From assembly GCF_006345805.1 (NCBI RefSeq), contig NC_042999.1:128526001-128590000 (forward strand): a DNA stretch of 64,000 nucleotides, in the 5' to 3' direction. Positions 51,081-63,699 of the stretch are shown here, in pieces. The number at the start of each line of letters is the position of its first letter. Positions within the stretch are counted from its first letter, which is position 1. The translations under genes were made by a program, and so were the position numbers. Below the pieces are notes generated by a model. That model did no database searches. It was not told where the DNA came from and saw only the letters and a program-made list of their open reading frames with translations. Source of the DNA: Octopus sinensis. Lineage: Eukaryota.

Positions 51081-51199
51081 TGAGAAAACAAAGAGGAAAG
51101 GAGACAAATGAAATTGAACCACGGCAGGACGGGAGGACATGCACACGAATACTAAAAAGCACACTAACTCAAGCATATATATATATATATATATATATA

Positions 51200-51388
51200 T
51201 CGGGAGAGTTCACGAAAAAAACAAAAGACGAAGACAGGTGGTGTACAAAACAAACAGATGTATTAGTATAACGCTCAGGGATTGAAAAAGTCTTTTACGT
51301 TTCGAGCCTACGCTCTTCTACAGAAAAGGACACAGAAAAAAACAAGGAGAGAAAAAATGTGTGTAGTGGCTACCGATCTATCATGGCG
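51200..51388 (-). mobile_element. ~190-bp Penelope-terminus-like repeat with hammerhead-like motif (copy 3), between (TA)n and (GA)n
   Basis: Minus CGCCATGATAGATCG start; CTGTAGA-A-GAGCGTAGGCTC-GAAACGTA-AAAGA at 51291-51329. Confidence 0.65.
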
Positions 51389-51390
51389 AT

Positions 51391-51459
<69 letters not shown>

Positions 51460-51559
51460 GAGAGAGAGATACATACATACATACACAATTACCTCACAAA
51501 TGATGCAGCAATAGATTTTCCACTTCCCTTTTGGCGTCATCGATATTTAGTCTGCAACA

Positions 51560-52133
51560 GCAGCGAGCTGGCAGAAACGTTAGCATGCCAGGCGAAATGC
51601 TATGTTGTATTTCGTCCGCCGCTGCGTTCTGAATTCAAATTCCGCCGAGGTCGACTACCTTTCATCCTTTCGGGGGTCGATAAATTAAGTACCAGTTACG
51701 CACTGGGGTTGATGTAATCGACTTAATTCGTTTATCTGTCCTTGTTTGTCCCCTCTATGTTTAGCCCCTTGTGGGTAGTAAAGAAATAGGTATTTCGTCT
51801 GCCGCTACGTTCTGAGTTCAAATTCCGCCGAGGCCGACTTTGCCTTTCCTCCTTTCGGGGTCGGTTAAATAAGTACCAGTTATGCACTGGGGTCGATATA
51901 ATCAACTTAATCCGTTTGTCCTTGTTTGTCCCCTCTACGTATAGCCCCTTGTGGACAGTAAAGAAATAGGTATTTCGTCTGTCTTTACGTTCTGAGTTCA
52001 AATTCCGCCGAGATAGACTCTGCTTTTCATCCTTTCGGAGTCGATAAATTAAGTACTAATTGCGTACAGGGGTCGATCTAATCGACAGGCCCCCACCCCC
52101 AAAATTTCGTTGCTTGTGTCTAGAGTAGAAAAG
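51560..52133 (+). mobile_element. Family-1 SINE array: one head, two Tx1-tailed (B) units, then host body with tail A
   Basis: GTATTTCGTC at 51607, 51790, 51970; units end AAAGAAATAG; degenerate 16-bp TSD GATATTTA(GT/CG)CTGCAA at 51542-51557 and 52134-52149. Confidence 0.9.
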
Positions 52134-52456
52134 GATATTTACGCTGCAAAGAAAATCTATTTTCAGTCAAATACGCACAACGACACACATACACACAAAG
52201 GCACACCGACACATACTAACACACAGATATGTACACATACGCACACAAGCGCTCACACAGGCACACAAATATGTTCATTCATATTCTACACATACACACT
52301 CATATTTGCACATAAGCACACACCGACTGAAAGCAGAAATATCGACATTCAACGGAACATATCATGCCAAAAGAGTTTTACCTTTTTCATTTTTTCATTT
52401 CTTCTGTCTCTCACAGAAATTATACATACATGCATACATACATGCATACATACATG

Positions 52457-52498
<42 letters not shown>

Positions 52499-52687
52499 TA
52501 CATGCATACATACGTACATACATACATACATACATACATACATACATACATACATACATACATACATGCACTCAGCACGTACAAACACACGCACACACAC
52601 ACTAACACACACACAATCACACACGCACACGCACAAACGCACACACACACATGAATTTCTGTCTTACTAAATTATTGTCAGGATATA

Positions 52688-53688
52688 TCTATCTCTATAT
52701 ATATAAAACTGAGAATGTGTGTCTGTCTGTCTGTGTGTTTCCCTAAAACTTGAGAACTACACCACCAATTTCATTCAAATTTTACACATGCCTTACTTAG
52801 CGTCCGGGGAGTGTCATCGGCAAAAAAAGATTAACGTTTTGCCTAGGGCGAGCCCACAGAAATATCATATCTTCTCCACTACGATTCCCTAACACTTGAG
52901 AACTACACAACCAATTTCATTCATATTTTACACATGCCTTACTTAGGGTCCATGTAGGTTCATGGGCAAAAAAAATGTTCAACTTATTGCCTAGAGCGAG
53001 CCCATAGCAATATCATATCTTCTCCACTATTTCAGTATTACGTGTTAAAAGTGAAACAAAAATATTTCTCTATTTTATGTCAGATACTTTCACTTTAACA
53101 ATAAAAATTAGAGATAATAATAGCAATTGAATTATATGTAGTAAGTAATAATTAAAATCAAACTAAAGTATAATATAATTGTAACAAAACAAAAGTAAAA
53201 ATAGCAATTGGTATAAAATTGCATCAATGACTTGAACTTGAATAAGTGGTTTCACATGAATGGGAATAAATTAAAAATAAAATTAGTGTGCAGAAATGGA
53301 ATAGTCCAGATGGAGCTGTGCACATACCGTTTACCACGGCTTTTAAATTAGATTATCTGCTAATTAGCTAGCATTAAGTATCTATATGAACTTTGGCTGT
53401 ATGTAATGTCTGTTTTCTCGAACAGCCGCTTCTACTGAGTACTGCTGTTGGTTTATTTCTTATACATAACGGACTATAGCTTCAACTGCGTACAGCTTTT
53501 TAATTCACCGTAAGGTTTGTTGTTAGTACTGTTTAACTATTGTTATCACGTTTGTTGGTTCCTCGTAAGAGAAACATTGTTGTGTTTCTTTTGTTTAATA
53601 ATTGTAAACTGTAACCACCACCCCCTTTGGGAGAAGAAGCTTTGGTTATTGTTTAAAAATTGAATTGTGTCCCTGTTTGGGGAAATTG

Positions 53689-53731
<43 letters not shown>

Positions 53732-54416
53732 TAGCAGTATCGCCCGGCGTTGCTCGGGTTTGTAAGGGAAATAACTATATAAGCATTTTTAGAGATGTAA
53801 AGTATAATAGCCATCTCAATATGGCTAACCACAAAGGGGGGTGTTACTGTAGCTTTTTACGTTCTGAGATATAATAATAAATTTTTAGAGAGTTACTTCC
53901 CTTATATATGCCAAAAATGCATTAAAAATGGGGAAAATTGATGGTAATTTTTTTTTAAATCGTAGACTCATCGTAGACGCGCGCTAATACCCAGAAGGGC
54001 TCGATATGAATCACGACTATAAGATATCCGGTTTTGGTTAAACTGCACCGCAAAATGTGGGAGTAGTTAGGAATCTAAATCGTAGGAGACAGACAGCACA
54101 CAACCTCTCTTTTATATATAAAGATATATATATAGATATATACATATATATAGAGAGAGAGATATATACATATATATATATATAGATATATACATATATA
54201 TAGATAGATATATACATATATACATATATATATAGAAATAGATAGATACATATATACATATATATATACATATAGATATATACATATATATATACATATA
54301 TATATATATAGATAAATATATACATATATACATATTCCAGTTCATTCAGAAATTATAACAGAAAAGTCTAATTCTTCAATTGAATATAACCGGGCAACGC
54401 CGGGTATCTCTGCTAG
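52688..54416 (+). mobile_element. Non-autonomous Helitron (copy 1 of tandem), with internal ~146-bp duplication and a nested Helitron
   Basis: A|TCTATCTCTATATATATAAAACTGAG start; CCGGGCAACGCCGGG then CTAG at 54413-54416; duplicated block 52742-52881 / 52888-53030. Confidence 0.7.
53731..54124 (-). mobile_element. Non-autonomous Helitron nested in (TA)n
   Basis: 3' CCCGAGCAACGCCGGG..CTAG; 5' TCTTTATATATAAAAG. Confidence 0.85.
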
Positions 54417-55620
54417 TCTATATATAAAACTGAGGGTGTGTGTTTGTGTGTGTGGGGGCGTATGTGTGTGTGTGTGTATGTGTGTGTAAATACGCAGAAC
54501 TTCTGAAGTTCGCAACTGATTTTCTACAATCTGGGAACATACATTACTTATGTTCCAGAGATGGATTTAGACTATTAAAATTTCTCACATAATGAGTAAC
54601 GGGGTCCCTGAGAGCAGAAAACCTCCTTTCCTGGGCGTATGTACGACTCCACGCAAGATCCACGCATTGCTTCTGTTCAAACAGGAAAAAACAGCTACTG
54701 AAATGATATAAGTAGTTTGTGTTAAATGGATGAACCGATATATACTTCAAACTGCATTGTCTAAGCGGTAGCAATAATAGCATGTTCCCATAGTACCATA
54801 ATTAATAATTTGTTGGAATAAAAACCGTTTGGAGCACCCTATATTTATTATGAAAAATATGCTAAAACATGTTAAATACTGAGCAACTATTCAACTATTT
54901 TCTTTTAGGTTCAGCATCAATGTCTTCCTTCTAAGCATAGACGAAGCGCATACAAATATTCTTCAGCTATTGATTACAAACTGAAATATCGTATGTACAT
55001 TAACTTATTAATTTATTGTGTCTAAGATCCAACCACGTTAGTTAGAGACCATGTCCTTAATGTGACCTTGCGTTCCCAGACGCTGCATGCAGAATTGTTT
55101 TCGTTTGGAAGCAGAGTTGTCTTCATAGTGGTTGCACGCTGTTTACGCGAAGGAGTACACGGTTGAGCCACGACTATTGATCCCCAACTATGTCAGCAAC
55201 CGAACGTCACATGACCCAACCACATTTGTTAGTGACTATGTCATTGATTTCAATCCCACTTCTTTACCCCGCCATTTCTTTCATGTAGATTTTTCTAATG
55301 TGGTGTTGTTGAGCACGTCCACCGGCTCAATTTATCACATAGATGTAATTCCTATGTCTTGTGATTGTTCAGCTTGGTAGCGACCGTGCCGACAGCTGCA
55401 AATTCACATACGCCCCCAACTCCACTTTTCCATGACAGGTTAGGGACTGGAATCCTCCAAACGGACACATGACATGTTGCTTAGTCGAATTAGCCCTTCA
55501 TTTACTCCACAAATGTTTTGTCGTCAATGCTGCACTTCCCCGTATCACATGTTTCAACTTAACTGTACTATGTATACAAACTGTGCCATTTTAATCCTGA
55601 ACTCCGGGTATCTCTGCTAG
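54417..55620 (+). mobile_element. Non-autonomous Helitron (copy 2), fused head-to-tail to copy 1
   Basis: TCTATATATAAAACTGAG starts immediately after CTAG; ends CCGGGTATCTCTGCTAG at 55620. Confidence 0.7.
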
Positions 55621-55633
55621 TATATATAAAACG

Positions 55634-55850
55634 TAAAGCGGCGAGCTGGCAGAATCGTTAGCCCAGTAAAATATTTGGTGGCGTTTCGTCCGACTTTACG
55701 TTTTGAGTTCAAATTCCGCCGTGTTCGACTATGCCTTTCATTCTTTTGGAGGTCGATAAAATAAATACCAGTTGCACACTGGAGTTGATGTAATTGACTT
55801 AGCCTCTCTCCCGAAATTGCTGGTCTTATGTCAAAATTTGAAATCAAATT
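55634..55850 (+). mobile_element. SINE family 1
   Basis: GCGGCGAGCTGGCAGAATCGTTAG...GAGTTCAAATTCCGCC...AAAATTTGAAATC. Confidence 0.85.
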
Positions 55851-56505
55851 ATCTATAAAACGCTACGTGTATTTATATATATAGTTTATTTTGTTTTGTT
55901 GTTTTTAGTAACATTTAACCGTTTGAAGCTGTTGAATTTATCCCTCTTTATATTCCTAACTCATTCGATACGAGCTCTAAATTATACGACACAAACTAGA
56001 GTCATTCTGTTTATTTATTTATTTGTCTATTTATTTATTGTATTCGAAAGTTCATTCAACTGGTTTCTTCGTCTCTGAATGCTCAACTGATTATTTTATG
56101 TTCATAAATTTCTGATGATCAGATAAATTTTCTCGTTTATTTCTAATCTATATATGGAGTGCACAATGTGTAATGAATACATATTCAATACGCTATATAT
56201 ATATATTTGCATTCCGCTGTTTACTCCTTACAATGCACGCATGTATTTCTTGCGATAAGCAGAACGAAAAACACAAATAGTTTGAAATTGCAAATTGAAA
56301 GTTCATCAGGCCAAGGTATGTTTGAGCTGCTAATATGTACATTTGTAGCTTCCGTACGGAATGTATCAAATATGTTGTAAATGCACCCTTTTTTGCATAA
56401 ACTAAACCTGCTGTCGCTTGAAAATCTTTCGAAGATGTACATAACCTGTTTGTGAGATCACGTACCTTAGTTTCAATATGTATATATTTTGGCAGTTTTT
56501 AAATA

Positions 56506-57684
56506 TGAGGATGGGCTGAAAAGTTCATAGGATGACTATGGAAGAGTGATGTTAGAACTGTGGAATTTTGCATACATTAATTTCAATTTTTCTTATTAAT
56601 AACTGCATTGTTTCTTTCCAGGCAAACTTATATCTGACTGTTCAAAGAACACTCCAAAAATAACTAGTCTCTTGAAAATGGACAGAATTTGGCATGGTGA
56701 TGTTATCAAGTGCCTACAGAAAAAGGATTAAGCTCCCAAGGATATTCATGCTGACATGGTTACATTAGAAGACGCCCCAGCTTATCAACAGTGGGCAGCT
56801 GAATTTTGGAGGGGAAGGCAGAGTCTTGAAGATGACTCGAGCTCTGAACGTCCTGCAACTGCCACCACCGAGGAAAATATTGTGTTTGCCACATGGTGAT
56901 GGATGACAAGCAATTGACTATAAATCGAAGAGCCAATGCTATTAGCACACTATGTGAGAGAGTGAGAATATTCTGCACAATGAACTTGGTATGACGAAAG
57001 TTTCTGCTCCATGTGTGTCACATCTTCTGACACATAATCAAAAGCGCACCAGGCTGATCACATCATGGAAAAATCTGGCATTGTTTCAGGTTGATCCTGC
57101 TGCTTTTCGTGAACGTTTCCTAATACAGGATGAGCGCTGGCTTCATCACTGTGAGTCATAGACAAAGAGACAATCCATGCAATGCAAACACCCCGCATCA
57201 CCTACTCCAAAGAAGGCCAAAGCCGTTTCATCTGCAGAGAAGGTGATGGCTTCATTCTGGGTGATGCAAATGGCATTTCCCTTCAATGGAGAGTTCTATG
57301 TCGACAACATGCTGAGGCAGTTACGAAAGGTTATCAAAACCAAACACCAAAGAAAACTGACGAAAAGGATCTTGTTTTATTAGGACAATGCTCCAGCACA
57401 GAAGTCCTTGCTTTCAATGGCTGCTGTGCGTGACTGTGGCTTTGAATTAGTTGATCATCCTCCTTATTCTCTTGATTTGGCCCCAACACGAAAAAACACT
57501 TGGCTGGGAACTAGTGTCGCAGTGATGATGATGCCATACCTGCTGTTGATTACTTTTTTTACCTATAGAATGAAAGCTTTTCACAAATGGGATTCAAGCA
57601 CTGCAACACCGATGGAAGAAGTCATCTTGGTCAGACTATGCGAGGTCATCTTGGTCAGACTATGAACGTTTCAGCCGACACTCG
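56506..57684 (+). mobile_element. Mariner (Tc1/mariner) element, both TIRs, decayed transposase
   Basis: TA|TGAGGATGGGCTGAAAAGTTCATAG ... CTATGAACGTTTCAGCCGACACTCG|TA; GRQSLEDD, QDERWLHH, ELVDHPPYSLDLAP. Confidence 0.88.
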
Positions 57685-59496
57685 TACTTGCACAACTGTG
57701 AAATTATGTAGTGCATTTATTGTAGAAAATAAGATAGATTACAATAACTAGTGAATCATTGACTACAAGATATTGTATACATTAAAAGTCATTAAATCTG
57801 TATATTTGTGGAGTGATAAATATAATTTTTTATTTTCCTGTTATTTTGGCATTTTTCTGTTATTTACATCTTACACTTATTAGCAACTTTCATCATGCAC
57901 ATTTTTCAGCAACAACTCCGTCATATCTCTAAAACCTCTAAAATTTCACTCTATCCTCATAAAAAAAGGAAGCCGGCTATGGCGAATGTAATATTAAATA
58001 TACTCTACCTTTAAAAAGCGTGATGATCGTAACCTTCGATCATAAGTCTATTATGCTGATATAGGGTTAAACGTGAACTTTCAACAATCTGTTCTGTATC
58101 TTAATATTTCATTTGAATTGAAAACTGTAACATTGCTTTGAAATTCTCCACTCAAAAACCAGAAAGACAACATTTGCGTAGCCTAAAAAGTTTTTCCATT
58201 TTTTAAATACGTATTTATGATGTTTATTTTGTAAAATATTAGCCAAACTAAACTACAAATCAGATTTTGATTTTCTTAGTTTTAGTCTAGACGTGAATTA
58301 ATTACAACTAGCCTACCGATAATTCAACCATTTGGCTTTTGCGGTGATGGAAGTATTTTATGTTTGAATTTTATGCTTAGATGTTTGAATTCCAAATAAA
58401 ATTTTATAAAATTATATTAATGGCAATCATACATGTATCATGCCATGCGCTCAAGCATTAAGAGTGGAATCGACATAACTTCTTTCAGCTGTAAGGTATT
58501 TCGTCCCAAGAATAAAGCTTTCTTAGTGAAAGTGTATTTAAGTATACAACCATATCCTGAGTAGATAGTAAACGAGTGAAAAGTGGTGTCATTCTATAAA
58601 TTAGCGATAACATTTTCAGGAGCAACCATTCGGAAATATTCGTCTGCTACAGACAACAGCATCTGTTTTAAAGATAGATTTTAGAATAGTCTAGCAAGTA
58701 TGAGCAGAATAATAGTAGTAACTGTGGTGGCTAACAGATGTACTCTTTCTCACTATCTGGCAAGTTCTTAATTCAAATCATCACATTACAAATTAACCTA
58801 CATTAACTTAGTCGCAAATTGAGCTAATTTTTGTTCACCGATTCACTACGACGCCATTCCCATATAAAGGCTACATTAATACATTAATTTTTATCATTAT
58901 TTTATTCTTGCTTTTATTAATCATAGACGCTTTTTTTTACAAATACAAGAATGTGTACTACACATTTATCTAATCACTTCTCTAGGAAGATAATATATAA
59001 ATTAGTTTACAAATCTTTCATCAGTTTCACTGAAAAAAAAAGAACAAGGAAATTTTATTTGAGTTCATTTTAATTTTTATATAACTTGTTGATTTTTTAA
59101 TATAATTTCACCCTGAATATCTAGAAAGTGTTGTCTTAAATTAGTAAAAAGAATAAAACAATAATAATATTCAGAGCAATAATTTTTTTTCTACTATATT
59201 TTTCTTGGCGTAAAAAATTTCACATAAAATTTTGAGAAGTTTTTTTTTTTAAATCTATGGAGGGAAATAATATTATTTTGAAAGTCGTTAAAAAATTACC
59301 GCCCCCAGGCCTATGAGATATTTCTCCGAGCCCATCAGAAAAAAGACGTTTGCTAGAGGTAACTTTTCGAATAGTGCCATCTGGATGATGCAAGAAACAG
59401 GTGCAAGAATTAAGCTTTCAGTGTGCCTGATTTTAAACATTTAACTATTTAAACAACAAATTGTTTTCTCTCTCGATAGCAACCATACGCCCCCCT

Positions 59497-59533
<37 letters not shown>

Positions 59534-59715
59534 TCTTAACTAAGCTTTGCTTTGCCCTGACAGAACAGACTAGGCTACTTCAAATTACAAGAAGTGTTGG
59601 AATCAGATACCATTTAGTGTTAATCTCCAAATCTGTCATTGGCCCATTTGAGCTATTTCCTTTTGTACCTTTCTTAATTATGCAAATTATACTGGCTAAT
59701 ATTATTCGTTACCCT

Positions 59716-59935
59716 AAGACGGCGAGCTGGCAGAATCGCTAGCACACCACGCAAAATGCTTAGCAGCATTTCATCCGTCTTTAGGTTCTGAGTTCAAATT
59801 ACGACGAGGTTGACTTACCTTTTCATCCTTTCGGAGGGGTCGATAAAATAAATATCAGTTGAGCATTGGGGTCGATGTAATCGACTTACCCCATCCCCCA
59901 ACTTGCTGACTTGTGCCAAAGTTTGAAACCAATAT
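59716..59935 (+). mobile_element. SINE family 1
   Basis: GACGGCGAGCTGGCAGAATCGCTAG...GAGTTCAAATT...TTGTGCCAAAGTTTGAAACC. Confidence 0.85.
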
Positions 59936-60665
59936 TATTCGTTGCCATTTTTCAGTATGTAAAAGACTTAGTCAATTGATCTGACAGGCTTAAGTATATT
60001 ATTCAATGCTAGTGCGGCTTAGAAGATCGAAATATGTTCATAGTTGTCTGCTACCTAGAAACATGCATAGATTCTCTTGGGAAGTAAATAAACTTCAAAA
60101 GATTAATTTTTAATTTATTTAAGATATCTCTCTATCTTTGAGAGTTACTAACACTTACCGCTAGATTTGCTTTCTATTTCCAGATAAGAGGGCAAGTTCA
60201 ATTAGTTAAGAATTTTATGCGTGCTGCATTCAATGCATCACTTAACTATCTAATTTCGTACCATTTCTCTAAACTCGTTTTTTAAACACAATATTTCTGA
60301 AGAAAAGACTGGAATGTTTGCAAACCATCAGACGGAGAAACGGATATAGGAAGAGTTATAGAAATAGGAATGATAGTGAATGAGATACAGAAAGAAGTAA
60401 AGAAAGAGATAAAAAGAAATCGGGGGAAAGAACAGTGAATGAGATACTGTCTGCTTGTGTTTAAACAAGAAAGAAAAAACATGAAATAGGAAAGAATCAA
60501 AGGAAAATGCCAGAACGAAAAATGAAAACAAAATGAATGACAATGTATATTGTGCAATGTTTAATTAAGAAAGAAGGGGCAGCAGCAGTTTACTATCAAG
60601 ATGAAAATCTATGATTAAAATACCATAAATTGTAATGAAGATATTTATAGATTGGTTCGGGAAAT

Positions 60666-60856
60666 AATTTCAATATTTTTTAAATAACTTCAACAAAGCG
60701 ATCACCGAGGAAACTAATATTATTACTATTACCGAACCATTCAAAAGATATTCTTCTCGACCTCTTTACTTTCGTTAGGAATAGTTCGGTAATAGTAACA
60801 ATATTAGTTTCCTCGGTGATCGCCTTGTTGAAGTTATTTTAAAAAATGTTGAAATT
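60666..60856. mobile_element. Palindromic MITE, ~78-bp inverted arms
   Basis: AACTTCAACAAAGCGATCACCGAGGAAACTAATATT..TACTATTACCGAAC versus GTTCGGTAATAGTA..AATATTAGTTTCCTCGGTGATCGCCTTGTTGAAGTT. Confidence 0.8.
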
Positions 60857-63204
60857 TATGGGCTTGCAGAATGGTCTGCAGACATACATTAACGTGCGGC
60901 TTCTGCAGAACTTCCAGGACCGTGAGCTTGTGTAGCCACCGTTTGTCAGATACATCTTCCCACAGTTTGTGTTTTTGACGGCACTGAAATCTTAGATTAA
61001 GTGAAGATCAATACTGGGCGCAAGGCATCAGAAATACCTTCAGTGGTAGGAAAGAACGAAGACGTTTTCAAGGAATCTCCGGATATCGAAGCGAATTATC
61101 TAGTTGGGCTCCCTCGGAGTATTTTCCAGCCGGGAACTATACACAACTACTAGTTAATCATGGCTTGGCAGTGCCTCAAAGATGCACTGACTTGTCCAGA
61201 TAAAGTCGATCGTCATAAATATGTTACTAACTGGGTCTGCTCGAGACGCACGCAAAGTAACGAAACTACTCTGTATGCACATTACTGATTTGTGAATATT
61301 TGATGAACAGATGTTGTCGCTTGCTAGACAGACCTGGCTATCAGCCCAGTTCATCTTGAAGATCGACTCACTGTCACATTCCTTTGACCGGGAAGATAAC
61401 GAAGGTTTACTCTATTTCGTTTCTATGACGAAAAATTTTGTGTAGTAGATGCTACTGTGTAATCTTGAGCATCTACTGATGCGTTTTTATATATAAATTG
61501 AGGTGTCTGTAGCGTATCATAATGTGTTATAGGATATAATTGTGTTATACTTTATTATTGAAGAATTTTCTCTTATAAGCAATTAAACTGAACACAAAAA
61601 TCAATTAAATGTAAAAGAAGTAACTTCCGCTTTAATATCCGATAATAATTCAAGTCATGTATATTTAACCAAATTAATATTGATCATTTATGATCATAAA
61701 TGATCGATATTGATTTGTTTTACGTAAAAAGCTCTTGTTTTATAAAGAGAATAAGTAGGGTTTCATGATATTCATAATTTAGCCAAGGCATTAGTAACCA
61801 AAATAAAGAAGAATAGTTTCAACCACTAATCGAAACTGGGTCGCGTCTTGACTTGTTATGAACTTACTCTTAGTCTATAGTGCTCATCATAAATCCTGAT
61901 TATCGTTTCATTTAGTTAATTGTTTCAAAATATGACCCATCTGGTTTTCAGTCCTGTATTTGTGCACTGCATGAGAGGATAAATTATTGTCTAATACACT
62001 GACATCTCATAAAATCTTTCGAGTATTGCGTAACAAAGGAAGAAAGAAGCATCTATTTCATCCGATTATTCGACGTTAATATAGACCAATAGAAAGTCTG
62101 ACTGAAATGCTGAGAATTTCATCTAGATAAAATTATAATATTAATAAATACATATTTTCCATTTAATGCGAACGGCTAAATATACATTTATGATCAGATT
62201 CATAATCGTTCAATCATTTGTAAATAGTTGGATCATTTCCAACGTGGTGTCTTTCGGCTATTGTTTGGTAACTTGGTAGCCATCATAATGTCGTGGTAGG
62301 TGGGGGTAGATATATCATCCTTAGATGATACCGAATCTTATATCTGTAAACTCAAATTTGTTACCATAATTACATCGGTGTAACTGTAATTCCTATCGAC
62401 AAATATAGATTCTAATGATCGCCTGTAAGAGACTGGTTATACATAAGTTATACTCTGTATAATTCGGTTATACAGAGTTAAGAGAGGTGCTTTCAGTGAC
62501 GTTAGCATTCATAACTTTATGTTTACATCAAAAACAAAATTATCCTGTTTTAAACCCCTTCCAGTTACAGGATAATTTGAATAAAACTTACTGAAATTTA
62601 TAAGGTTCTTTGTCATTATGATACAGAGCAAAAATCAATCTGTCGATTTCAAAACTGTTTCAACGGTTTACTTTTGGTGAAAAGGCAGAGTCGATATATT
62701 GTTCAAGGTGTCTCATATTGGTAGATAATCGATATTAATTTCTGTGGGTTGGTGTCTTATGAAGTTCCAAAGGGTACAGTTCCGGCGAGAAAGTTTCAAC
62801 GAATTTTTTTGGGGGTTTGTTTTTTGCGTGGTTTTGGAAATGAAAGACAGTAGAGATTGTGAAGAGAACAAAGACAGATGAATTGAGTGGAATGTAGACT
62901 GCTAGTTCAGTAGAATAGGATCTGATGTTGTTACAGCAGAAGATAAAGTGGAATGGAAAGAGTATGCAACTTGTTATATTTACCATGGTCATGGAGTAAT
63001 GCCTATTACTTATGTCAGGTTTTTCAGCACAGGAAGATGAGAAGAATGAAACTGGCGGGATTTAATGTAAAACTTGAAGAGCTTGAAATTAAAAGCGCAG
63101 ATGTGCTTGAAAGTGTAGGAATTATAAGTGAACTTTGAACACAAGAAACAATGTCAAATATTTTAATAGATTTAGTTTGCTACTGCCTTATGACTGCAAT
63201 TCAC

Positions 63205-63370
63205 GAATTTCAAATTTTGGCACAAGGCCAACAATTTTAATGAAAGGGGGTAATTCGATTGCATCGACTCCAGTACTTGACTGGCACTTATTTTACCAAC
63301 CCCGTGTTTGAACTCGGAATTTAAAGAACTGAATGCCGCTAACCATCTTGCTCGATTGTCACCTTGCCAT
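63205..63370 (-). mobile_element. Decayed SINE family 1
   Basis: CAAATTTTGGCACAAGGCCAACAATTT...ATCGACTCCAGTAC...GAACTCGGAATT. Confidence 0.6.
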
Positions 63371-63699
63371 CAAGAAATGATAGGACTACATAATGGCGAG
63401 TAATTTCAGTAAAAGCTATTAATTTTCAATATATGAAATCAGAAATATCACAAAAAAACATCAATATAAAAGATGAAATACAGAAATATACGAATATTTC
63501 TGTCAAATTATTCAATATTTTCACGAAGCAAATTATAGCAAAAACGAACTTTAAATTCAAAATTAATGCAAATTAAGTGAAACATACAAATGAGCGATTG
63601 GCAAATATATGAAGTCACTTCAAAAGCGGTGTAAGAAAGAAATTTGTGATTATTTTAAATATTATGTAATAATAAGGTAATGAAGGTGAGTATCATTTC

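Noticed and set aside
51607-52133. Regularly spaced repeats as a CRISPR-like array (also 29784-30148)
   Set aside because: The units are whole homologous repeats with no unique spacers, there are no cas genes, and the DNA is eukaryotic.
62840-63120. Possible RTE LINE C-terminus (AEDKVEWK...HG)
   Set aside because: Single weak motif with several stops and no tail or TSD.
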